64,000 nucleotides of DNA from Candidatus Helarchaeota archaeon (lineage in GTDB: Archaea; Asgardarchaeota; Lokiarchaeia; Helarchaeales; RDOG01), in the NCBI GenBank assembly GCA_019058315.1, contig JAHPZH010000001.1, positions 128,001 to 192,000 on the forward strand. Reading direction: 5' to 3'. A program made the translations under genes and the position numbers. The notes beneath the pieces were generated by a model, which saw nothing but the letters and a program-made list of their open reading frames with translations, had not been told where the DNA came from and searched no databases. Of the stretch, positions 47,213 through 55,878 are shown in pieces (positions within the stretch are counted from its first letter, which is position 1; each line of letters begins with the position of its first letter).

Positions 47213-47938
47213 ATGAAAAATCAGAAAAATAAACAAATTCGCTTAAAATTATCTCATGATTGGTCCAAGTTTAATGGAAAAGAATTTGAAAAAGTTAGAA
47301 ATCAACGAAATTTTCAGATTGGTGAAATTTTAAAGAAAGCAGATCAATTTTATTTGACCACAAAAAAGGGTCTTAAAGAAATTACGAAAAAATTTGCTTA
47401 TAAAAAAATAATCAAACATGAAAAGATTAACCCTGAGGAACTTACGAAAGGTTATTTTCCTAGAAGCGGATATCGAAGATCATTTGGTTCTAAAAAGAAA
47501 ATTGTGATAAAACATAACAAAACACCTGGCCTATACTGCTATGAACGCTACTTGGGAGCATCAATTAAAGCAGGAATTTCAATAACTCTCCATACAAGTA
47601 ATAAAAAAGTTAAAGATCTCATTAAAATATTTAATGCTCGAATTGGTCGTCCATATCAGCCACCAACATTTTCTCCTGAAGCTATAAACAAGGCAAAGAA
47701 AGAATTGAAAAATTTGATAAAAATTAATAATCAATTAAAAGTTGTAAATGATAATTTGGTGGTTACTAGTAAAAATGGAAGAATTTATAATATAAATCTT
47801 CTTTCTGGAGCTGTTTCATCTAAAAAGAAAAGTTATATTTGTACTTGGAGTTCAACCACAAGACTACCTTTACCTGATGAAATTATTGCTAAAGCTTTAA
47901 CTATTGCTTATAAACCAAAACAAATTAGAACGCTATAA
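47213..47938 (+). CDS. Basic hypothetical protein, translationally coupled to the ubiquitin-like gene
   Basis: ATG 47213 one base after the upstream TAA, preceded by GGAGGT; Lys-rich; C-terminal VVTSKNGRIYNINLLSG..YIC..LPLPDEIIAKAL..IRTL. Confidence 0.75.
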   Translation: MKNQKNKQIRLKLSHDWSKFNGKEFEKVRNQRNFQIGEILKKADQFYLTTKKGLKEITKKFAYKKIIKHEKINPEELTKGYFPRSGYRRSFGSKKKIVIKHNKTPGLYCYERYLGASIKAGISITLHTSNKKVKDLIKIFNARIGRPYQPPTFSPEAINKAKKELKNLIKINNQLKVVNDNLVVTSKNGRIYNINLLSGAVSSKKKSYICTWSSTTRLPLPDEIIAKALTIAYKPKQIRTL

Positions 47939-47942
47939 TTAA

Positions 47943-47974
47943 GGCGATGATGATTTTAAGCAGCGATCTGAGCT
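47943..47974 (+). ncRNA. Box C/D-type K-turn hairpin in the intergenic region
   Basis: GGC-G-ATGATGA (box C, 47947-47953) ... CTGA (box D, 47968-47971)-GCT, with flanking and internal pairing. Confidence 0.5.
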
Positions 47975-48012
47975 AAAAAGCCGGGAAATTAAGGATCTAA
48001 AGGTGTCAATAC

Positions 48013-48294
48013 ATGTCTGGCGAAGGTTGGAAGACTTACAATCGACGAATAAGATATCGAATGAATAATGCTATTAAGAGGCTCAAAAATAATATTAATT
48101 CTAATATCTTTATTGAAATTTTTTTAAAAAAACCAGTTAAACCACGAGGTTGTCCATGTTGTGCTTATTCAAAAAAACATTATATGTCCCCAGTTAGAAT
48201 TAACCATCCAAAGAAGAATAAACACCATAACAGCACTCTAATGCGAAATTCCTATCAAATACTTGCTAAATTAAAAAAATCTACAAGAATTTGA
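48013..48294 (+). CDS. Small basic protein with CPCC and HPKKNKHHN motifs
   Basis: 93 aa, R/K rich, AAGGTG RBS; paralog of the next ORF. Confidence 0.65.
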   Translation: MSGEGWKTYNRRIRYRMNNAIKRLKNNINSNIFIEIFLKKPVKPRGCPCCAYSKKHYMSPVRINHPKKNKHHNSTLMRNSYQILAKLKKSTRI

Positions 48295-48300
48295 AGTCAA

Positions 48301-48549
48301 ATGTATATAAAGTTTAAAAATCGATTCAAAAGAAGACAAATAAAAGGCTTACGTGCTAGAATTAGGTCAGATTTAACCCATAAAAAATTTGATGATGCTA
48401 ATAATTGGTTCTTACAATTACATTATAGATACTACTATTATCATGCTCGTAGATCCCATCCAAAACATAATCTTCATCATAATAATACAAGAAATCGTTA
48501 TTTTATACGAAAATTAAGGGTCGTAAAAGCCTTTAAACAAAAATTTTAA
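48301..48549 (+). CDS. Small basic protein with HPKHNLHHN motif
   Basis: 82 aa, R/K/H rich; shares a motif with the upstream ORF and is in the same frame. Confidence 0.65.
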   Translation: MYIKFKNRFKRRQIKGLRARIRSDLTHKKFDDANNWFLQLHYRYYYYHARRSHPKHNLHHNNTRNRYFIRKLRVVKAFKQKF

Positions 48550-48568
48550 AGAAAACTCTCCTTTTAAC

Positions 48569-49831
48569 TTAGCGTTCTGGGTGTTGTATACTTTTTGGAA
48601 TCCATTGTATTTCAGCGCCCCGTTTTTTTAATTTTTTAACCACTTTCTTAGTTGGGTTGCCCTGTTTTTTCAATGTTTCTGTTAAAGTAATATTTTTTAA
48701 CAATTCGCACTCCAATAATGATTCGGGGAGGACAATATTTTCATTTTCTTGAAGATTTAATCTCTTTAATGATGATATTTTACCGATTGAGTAAGGTAAT
48801 GTGTTTAAAGCACAATTACTTGCATCTAATTCTTCAAGTTGAGTTAATGTGCCTATTTCAGCTGGTAATTTCTTAATTGGGTTTTCTCCTACATTAAGAG
48901 ATTTAAGAGATGAAAGTGAGCATAAAGATTCTGGAAGTGTTGATAAATTATTTCTCCAAACTCCAAGAACTCTTAAAGATTTTAAATTTCCGATTGATTC
49001 TGGGAGCTGGGAAATCGAATTATCATATAAATTAAGTTCTTCCAAAGATTTCAAATTTCCAATACAAGCCGGAACGTTTTTAATTTGATTATTGCTTAGC
49101 TGGAGATGAGTTAAATTCTTTAAAGAACAGAGCCAATTTGGTATTTCTTCAATTCCTCCTACTTTCACGCTAGATCCTGGAGGGTCTGTACGAGGTTCTG
49201 GCCATTCCTCCCTCGCGTTATCATTGGCATAAAGTTGTTCTAATTCTTTTAATCCGCTTAACACTTCTGGGAGCTTTGTAAATCTATTACCACTCATCCA
49301 TAATATCTTCAAAGAAGTTAGATTACTGAAGCTAGGTGGAAGATCTGATAATTCCATTTCATAAGGACTACCTGTTAAATATAACTCTTCAAGATTTACA
49401 AGGGCATCTAATGAATCGGGTATTTCTTTTAATTGATTTCCTCCTAAATGGCATCTCCGAAGTGAACTCAGCGAAGTAAACATAGCTTTTGGTATATTAT
49501 TTAATTGATTATTATGAAGATAAAGATCTTCAAGATTTGAGAGTGAACCTAAAGATGTGGGAATATTTTTTAATTGACCTTCATAAACCCAAAGTGTTTT
49601 AAGAAATTTGAGAAACCCAATGGTATCTGGCAATGATTTTAAATTAAATTTATGGAGTCCAAGACCTATGACATGATTATCTTCGGCAGCAAACCCGACT
49701 GTGTCGTGTTCAATAGAATTTACAAGTAAAAGTCTTCTATTTAATTTTTTTTCTATGGTTCTAAGAACTTGTGCTTCGATTCGAGGGAGTTCAGCTTTAT
49801 TAAAATTAATAAGTTCAGATTCCATATACAA
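48569..49831 (-). CDS. Leucine-rich repeat protein
   Basis: About 13 repeats of LxxLxLxxNxLxxLPxSIGxL. Confidence 0.93.
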   Translation of the reverse strand: MYMESELINFNKAELPRIEAQVLRTIEKKLNRRLLLVNSIEHDTVGFAAEDNHVIGLGLHKFNLKSLPDTIGFLKFLKTLWVYEGQLKNIPTSLGSLSNLEDLYLHNNQLNNIPKAMFTSLSSLRRCHLGGNQLKEIPDSLDALVNLEELYLTGSPYEMELSDLPPSFSNLTSLKILWMSGNRFTKLPEVLSGLKELEQLYANDNAREEWPEPRTDPPGSSVKVGGIEEIPNWLCSLKNLTHLQLSNNQIKNVPACIGNLKSLEELNLYDNSISQLPESIGNLKSLRVLGVWRNNLSTLPESLCSLSSLKSLNVGENPIKKLPAEIGTLTQLEELDASNCALNTLPYSIGKISSLKRLNLQENENIVLPESLLECELLKNITLTETLKKQGNPTKKVVKKLKKRGAEIQWIPKSIQHPER

Positions 49832-49837
49832 ATTCCC

Positions 49838-51025
49838 TCAGATTATTCCTTGCTTCTTTAAATTTACTAGATCATCTTCTGAATAATTTAAAAGATCACA
49901 AAAAATTTCTTTATTATTAACACCAAGATCAGGAGCTTTAGTATCTACAGATCCTGGGGTTTTAGAATACTTTAAAATAACTCCAGGAATGGTTGCCTTT
50001 TCAACTCCTTTAAATTTAAACTTAGTAATTAACATATCTCTAGCCTTTAGTTGAGGATGATCTCTAATTTCATCACTTTTAATAACAGGTCCACACGGAA
50101 TTCTTTCTTTTTCAAGGATATCTATTATTTCATCTCTAGTATGTTCTAAGGTCCATTCATCGAGATATGCGTCCCATTCTTCAGCATTTCTAATTCTTTT
50201 CATAGGATTGCTAAAACGTTTATCACGATATAATTCTGGTTTCCCTATGCAATTACAAAGTCTTTCAAATTGTTTTTCTGTAATACACACAATTGCAACT
50301 CGGTTATCATCGCCAGTTGGATATTGATTATAAGTAGGTAAGATAATAGGTGAGTCTAAATCCCTTTCTTTTGCGACATCAATAAATTCTCGAGCATGTG
50401 CAAAAAAATTCATAGCATACATCATGTCATGCATGCTTAAATCAATTGCTTGTCCAACTCCTGTCCTCTCACGGTAAAATAGTGCTTGTGAAATTCCAAG
50501 AGCTATAAAATTTCCCGCAGAAATGTCTGCTATCGGCATTCTTGGAGCTTTTTTAATATTCATTGTGTGCAAAACGCCCCCAACTGCTTGGGCAATAACA
50601 TCAAATGCTGTTTTCTTACAATATCTTTCAATGCCTTTCTGACCAAACCCAGAAATTGCTGCGTAAATTAATCGGGGATTGATTTTTTTTAACACAGTTT
50701 CATAATCAAGATTCCATTTAGCTAATGTGCCTGGAGTAAAATTTTCAAGTAAAACATCGCATTCTGTTATTAGTTTTTTAAAAATCTCTTGTCCTTCTTT
50801 TACTCTTAAGTTTAAAGTTATTGATTTCTTATTTCTATTTAATATACAGAAAAGTGGTGCAACTTGCTTATCGAACATTAGAAAAATTCTAAAGGCTTCT
50901 CCAGCACCAGGAGGTTCTATTTTTATAACTTCTGCTCCTTGATCTGCCAATAACATAGAGCCCCAAGGTCCAGAAAGAAATTGAGAAAGATCTGCTACTC
51001 TTATTCCTTCTAATAATTTTGCCAT
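49838..51025 (-). CDS. CoA transferase family III (CaiB/BaiF)
   Basis: LEGIRVADLS, GAEVIKIEPP, NRNKKSITLNL, ENFTPG, AFDVIAQA, APDLG. Confidence 0.93.
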   Translation of the reverse strand: MAKLLEGIRVADLSQFLSGPWGSMLLADQGAEVIKIEPPGAGEAFRIFLMFDKQVAPLFCILNRNKKSITLNLRVKEGQEIFKKLITECDVLLENFTPGTLAKWNLDYETVLKKINPRLIYAAISGFGQKGIERYCKKTAFDVIAQAVGGVLHTMNIKKAPRMPIADISAGNFIALGISQALFYRERTGVGQAIDLSMHDMMYAMNFFAHAREFIDVAKERDLDSPIILPTYNQYPTGDDNRVAIVCITEKQFERLCNCIGKPELYRDKRFSNPMKRIRNAEEWDAYLDEWTLEHTRDEIIDILEKERIPCGPVIKSDEIRDHPQLKARDMLITKFKFKGVEKATIPGVILKYSKTPGSVDTKAPDLGVNNKEIFCDLLNYSEDDLVNLKKQGII

Positions 51026-51192
51026 GATTATTCAAGTCTTTTTATTTACTATAAAATTAAAACAACATAATTCCAATTTAGAATTAATATTTAAATTATT
51101 TTCAGATAAAATGGTGATATTTTGGTTTAAAATTAATTTGAAATGAGTTGTAATATAAATATAAAAAATTCCTAAAAAATACTAGGGTTTAT

Positions 51193-51948
51193 ATGATAAG
51201 ATCTAAATTTTTAATAACTTCTATAGGCAGTATATTTTTTACGGCGATTTCATTCCTATATGCTATTATTCAAGATTTTATTCCTTTCTTAAAAATTAAT
51301 AACACTCAATTTTTTTTCTTGATTTGTCCAGGATTAATCTCAATAGCGATTGGATTTTTGAAGTACTATCAAGAATGTGAAAGTAAATACGCAAAGATAT
51401 TACCTTTAGTAGTTTTTATTCTTGCTTTAGTTATTAGTGCCCTTTTAATTATATATTACTCCCTATTGACAATTTATGAGTCGAATATTATATTTATACA
51501 AAATTATTTTACTTTATGGGCTATTTCGCACCATTTTTTTTGTCTATTATTTTTTTTAATTTCATTCTATTTCTTTTTAGCTTCATATGATGAGAGACAT
51601 TCTTCAACTTCAAGTGAAAGTACAAGTATTATTTCACTTAAAATATTAAGCGGTCTTGCAATATTAATTTTAATTTGCTATCATTGGAGTTGTTATAGTG
51701 TATATTATCAATCACAATTAAAGGATATTACGCTTAATTACACTGAAGAAATTGGATCTTTTTATGGTGGAACTTGGAAATTTAAATATAGCGATGAAGA
51801 GATTTTTGGTTTTATAATGGCACTAATTTTTCTTATAAAAAGTGGAATTGTTTTTGATTTAAAACGATGGACATTGTCTTTTTGGTCTATTGGGGTAATA
51901 GGGATCCTTATTAGTCTAATTATGTATTTTGAATATACTAGAGACTGA
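51193..51948 (+). CDS. Multi-pass membrane protein
   Basis: About 7 hydrophobic segments, no recognised motif. Confidence 0.6.
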   Translation: MIRSKFLITSIGSIFFTAISFLYAIIQDFIPFLKINNTQFFFLICPGLISIAIGFLKYYQECESKYAKILPLVVFILALVISALLIIYYSLLTIYESNIIFIQNYFTLWAISHHFFCLLFFLISFYFFLASYDERHSSTSSESTSIISLKILSGLAILILICYHWSCYSVYYQSQLKDITLNYTEEIGSFYGGTWKFKYSDEEIFGFIMALIFLIKSGIVFDLKRWTLSFWSIGVIGILISLIMYFEYTRD

Positions 51949-51952
51949 ATTT

Positions 51953-53062
51953 TTATTGGGATTTCCATCCTCCGGGTAAAAATCCAAAATATTTTTCAAC
52001 AGCTTCATCAGCGGGCTTAAAAACTGACATTTCCACGGATCCTTCTAAATAATTGGAAAATTCAGATTCAAAAAAATCAGTAAATTTGTTCAATGCTATT
52101 TTTAAAGTCCCTGATGATGTATTAGAAACAATGAAAGCACCCATACTTTCTCTTAAATCCAATAAAATATGATGGTCTCCAAAGATAATCTCTTTCATTT
52201 GTGATTTAATCCCGAAAGCTTCTTCCATAAAGGCTCGTATTCCTGAAATCATGCCAGAGATAAGACCCTCATCAAGTTTTTTAGAAGGATCAAAAATTTT
52301 AGTAAAAAGATTAATTCCTGAAGCATTAATTACCATAAGACTCTCAACCTCAAAGGGTAAAACAAAAGCAACGTCTGGATCTTTTACGTATGCCATTCCT
52401 TGCAAAGCCACACTAATTCCACTGACTAATAACATTAATGCTGGAAAAAAAATGATCATTCTAACTATAGAGGCAATTATATTTCCAAAAACTCCAAATA
52501 CAGCGCCCACTATAAACCAAATTGCTTGATCTTTTTGTGCAGAAGTAACTGCAACTTTTCTAACTCGATATGCAGTTATTATGTATTCTAGACCAATTCC
52601 TAGTAGAATTATTGCCTGAATAATGGAGAATAAAGTAGAAGGTCTTGTTAAATATCCAAAATTTTGAATATCTTCTAATCTTAAATAACTGTAGAATGGA
52701 TTAATTATCATCAATACGATAGTCCAACTTACTGCACAAGCAAAGAAAATAGCCCTTGGCATATTTATTTTATCATAATTTATAATTTCTAGAAATAAGA
52801 AGAGAGCATAAAATCCTAAATAGGAAGAAGTTATAGCAACAACTGCAAAGGAATAAGCAGCGATTCTAGGTTCGAATATTGGATAAAATGTAGAACCTAT
52901 TGCCCAAAAATTAGCAAGAGCAAAATAGCTTGCAAAGATTAAAGTAGATGAGTTTCTCGATTTAAAATAACTATGTATTAATATTATTATAATTATAGTC
53001 ATAATTATAACTGCAATTATTCCTATGATTAAATGGGGATAAAACGTACTTCCAATTGGCAA
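51953..53062 (-). CDS. Seven-TM membrane protein with C-terminal longin-like domain
   Basis: Seven hydrophobic helices, then LMVINASGINLFTKIF..LISGMISGIRAFMEE..LNKFTDFFESEF. Confidence 0.75.
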   Translation of the reverse strand: MPIGSTFYPHLIIGIIAVIIMTIIIIILIHSYFKSRNSSTLIFASYFALANFWAIGSTFYPIFEPRIAAYSFAVVAITSSYLGFYALFLFLEIINYDKINMPRAIFFACAVSWTIVLMIINPFYSYLRLEDIQNFGYLTRPSTLFSIIQAIILLGIGLEYIITAYRVRKVAVTSAQKDQAIWFIVGAVFGVFGNIIASIVRMIIFFPALMLLVSGISVALQGMAYVKDPDVAFVLPFEVESLMVINASGINLFTKIFDPSKKLDEGLISGMISGIRAFMEEAFGIKSQMKEIIFGDHHILLDLRESMGAFIVSNTSSGTLKIALNKFTDFFESEFSNYLEGSVEMSVFKPADEAVEKYFGFLPGGWKSQ

Positions 53063-53212
53063 ATAATTACTCCCTTTTTTTTATTATTTTTTATTATTAT
53101 TAGTTATAGATTTTAAAATTATATTTTAAAATATCACGATTACAGTATTAAAATAATTATAAAATACTATGAATGTTCATAGTAAATGTTTTTTTTAAAT
53201 AGGTGAAGAATT

Positions 53213-54502
53213 TTGACAGAATTAAAAGAATGTGTAGTAGTTGATGCTATCAGATCCCCTCTTGGGCGATCTGGTTGGAAAGCCGCTAAAAAGAAAGGAC
53301 AATTATATTATTCAACAGCTCACGAATTAGCATCTCAAGCACTTTCGACCCTAGTGAAACGAGTTCAAAACAAAGCACCAGATTTCAAACCTGAAATGAT
53401 AGAAGACGTTGGCTGGAGTGTTTCCGCCCAATTTGGTGAACAAGGTGGAAACCTTGGCAGAATTGCAATCCTTGTTGCTGACTTACCAAACCAAATTGCA
53501 GGATGGACCGTTGATCGCTACTGTAATGCGGGATTACAAGCTATAAACTCCCAAGCACAAGCAATCATGACTGGATGCGGTGATATTATGGTTGCAGGAG
53601 GTTGTGAATTTATGTCAAAATATCCTCTAGGATCTTCTATTTTAGCAGAGGTTAAAGATGGGCGTAAAAATAAACCGCATAAGAAATTCATAAAGAAGAC
53701 AATAATAATGGGACTTGCCGCAGAAAAGGTGGCGGCAAAGTGGAAACTTAAACGAGAAGAATTAGATGAATTCAGCGCCTCAAGCCACCGTAAAGCGGTG
53801 AAAGCGATGCGAGATGAAGAATGGTACAAAAAACGAATTTGTCCACTTGAGGTGGAAGAATATGATCCAAAAACTGATAAAAAAATAAGAGATGAAAATG
53901 GGAAGACGAAAATCAAAATAGTTAATAAGGATGAAACACCCAGAGCAGTTTATTTAGATAACCCCGAAGCAGCAATGGAAAAAATTAGAAGTTTAAAACC
54001 TCGTTTTCAAGCCGATGGTGTAGTAACAGCGGGAAATTCGAGTCAAATTTCAGATGGAGCTTCAGCTGTTATGCTTATGTCACGTGAAAAAGCAGAGGAA
54101 TTAGGATTAAAACCAATGGTTGTTATACGTTCAATGGCAGTATCTGGATCAGATCCAATTTTAATGCTTGAAGGTCCTATTCCTGCCCAAGAAAAAGCAT
54201 TAGCCCGTTCGGGGATGGAAATGTCAGAAATGGATATTATTGAACCGAACGAAGCTTTTGCCAGTCCTGTCTTGGCATTTGCAAAACATTTTGAATATGA
54301 TTTTATGGATCCACGTGTTAACCCTACTGGTGGTGCTATTGCTTTAGGACACCCAATTGGAAACTCTGGTGTGTTATATTTTGTAGAAATGATATGGGAA
54401 CTAATTCATAAAAATAAGCGATGGGGCATCGAAACTCTTTGTGGTGGTGGTGGAGTTGGCATTGCAACTATTGTGGAAAATGAAAAAAAGTTCAAACCTT
54501 AA
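53213..54502 (+). CDS. Thiolase (acetyl-CoA C-acyltransferase)
   Basis: DRYCNAGL (active Cys), TAGNSSQISDGA, NEAFA, GGAIALGHPIG, LCGGGGVG. Confidence 0.94.
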   Translation: MTELKECVVVDAIRSPLGRSGWKAAKKKGQLYYSTAHELASQALSTLVKRVQNKAPDFKPEMIEDVGWSVSAQFGEQGGNLGRIAILVADLPNQIAGWTVDRYCNAGLQAINSQAQAIMTGCGDIMVAGGCEFMSKYPLGSSILAEVKDGRKNKPHKKFIKKTIIMGLAAEKVAAKWKLKREELDEFSASSHRKAVKAMRDEEWYKKRICPLEVEEYDPKTDKKIRDENGKTKIKIVNKDETPRAVYLDNPEAAMEKIRSLKPRFQADGVVTAGNSSQISDGASAVMLMSREKAEELGLKPMVVIRSMAVSGSDPILMLEGPIPAQEKALARSGMEMSEMDIIEPNEAFASPVLAFAKHFEYDFMDPRVNPTGGAIALGHPIGNSGVLYFVEMIWELIHKNKRWGIETLCGGGGVGIATIVENEKKFKP

Positions 54503-54565
54503 TTTTTAGAAATTAAATAAATTAAAAAATTTTCAAAACCTCTTTTTTTAATTAGGTGAAAAATA

Positions 54566-55150
54566 TTGTTAGAATTAAAATCAAAATATTTTGAAAAAGC
54601 TGGTAAGGAAAATACTGAAGAAACATTAAAAATTGCTAAGAGTTTTGCTGAAAAAAAAGGAATTAAAGATATAGTTGTTGCATCCACTGTTGGAGAAACT
54701 GGAGTACAAGCTGCAAAAATATTTCCTACAAGTGATTATAATTTGGTTGTAGTCACTCATTCTTATGGATTTATGAAAAATATTAAGCAAGAACTTGATG
54801 ATAATAATAGAGCCATATTAGAAAAGAATAAAGTAAAAATTTTATCAGCGACTCATGCATTTTCTGGAGTTGAAAGAGCATATAGAACAGGGTTGAAACC
54901 TCAAATATGGTTTCCAGTTGAATTAATTGCGAAAACAATAAGGTCAGTTTTTGGACAGGGAACAAAAGTGTGTATGGAAATTGGACTTATGGCAGCTGAC
55001 GCTGGCTTGATAGACATGGAAAGTGACGTTATTTGTATAGGAGGAACTGGAAGAGGGGCTGATACGGCAGTAATACTGAAACCTGCTTATTCATCATACT
55101 TCTTAAAAATGAAAGTAAGAGAAATTATATGTAAACCAAGAGATTTTTAG
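54566..55150 (+). CDS. Pyruvate kinase C-terminal-like (alpha/beta) domain protein, conserved archaeal family
   Basis: YFEKAGKENT, IVVAST.GET, VVVTH, FGQGTKVCMEI..MAADAG, GGTGRGADTA, EIICKPR. Confidence 0.85.
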   Translation: MLELKSKYFEKAGKENTEETLKIAKSFAEKKGIKDIVVASTVGETGVQAAKIFPTSDYNLVVVTHSYGFMKNIKQELDDNNRAILEKNKVKILSATHAFSGVERAYRTGLKPQIWFPVELIAKTIRSVFGQGTKVCMEIGLMAADAGLIDMESDVICIGGTGRGADTAVILKPAYSSYFLKMKVREIICKPRDF

Positions 55151-55152
55151 TA

Positions 55153-55710
55153 TTATTCGCTAGAAAACCCTAATTCCTCTATTTCTTGTAATAATTGTTG
55201 AACAGCTTGCTGAACATCGGTTTCTGATTTTGCTCCAACACAAACAATTTTTCCACTAGCAAAAATTAGGAATACAACTTTTGGTGTTTGCATTCTATAA
55301 ATAAGACCCGGAAATACTTCAGGTTCATATAATGCTCTCTCTAAACTTATTGACATTAAATCTAAGTTTAATCTTAAATTAAGATCTCCACTAGCAACAA
55401 TATTCTGAATCTTTATTTCGGGTTCACTTGTTACTTTTGCCCCAAACTTCTTTATAACTTTTAAAACTTTTTCGGTAATGGGGCCAACATCTTTCTCCTT
55501 TTTCAACCCTGTTAAAACAAGCTTTCCTGTAGAAAAAACTAGGATAGTACTTTTTGGATTTTGTATCCGAAAAATTAGTCCCGGAAAGGTGTCGGGATTA
55601 TATTCCGTATTTTTATTCTTCATAGCTATATTATTTAGGTCAATAATTTTCTCAATTCCAAATCTAACGGAGGCAACAATATTCACAATTTTATACGTCG
55701 GTTTTGACAA
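55153..55710 (-). CDS. tbp: TATA-box binding protein
   Basis: Two repeats NIVAS..EYNPDTFPGLIFR..LVFSTGKLVLTG and NIVAS..YEPEVFPGLIYR..LIFASGKIVCVG. Confidence 0.97.
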   Translation of the reverse strand: MSKPTYKIVNIVASVRFGIEKIIDLNNIAMKNKNTEYNPDTFPGLIFRIQNPKSTILVFSTGKLVLTGLKKEKDVGPITEKVLKVIKKFGAKVTSEPEIKIQNIVASGDLNLRLNLDLMSISLERALYEPEVFPGLIYRMQTPKVVFLIFASGKIVCVGAKSETDVQQAVQQLLQEIEELGFSSE

Positions 55711-55878
55711 ATAAAATCCTCTTTTATTGGTTATAAATCTAAAATTTCATGAATTTTTACATTTTCTTGGCAAAATATGTTTAAAAAATTAAGATTATCC
55801 ACATTTATAAATAAAGTGTTTTTAAACCTTATAAATATTCTTTATAAATGAAGTTTTTTATTTATAAAGGATTTTTTA

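Noticed and set aside
44511-48568. Integrated mobile element with att sites
   Set aside because: No integrase, transposase or tRNA, and no flanking direct repeats seen; mobility remains unproven
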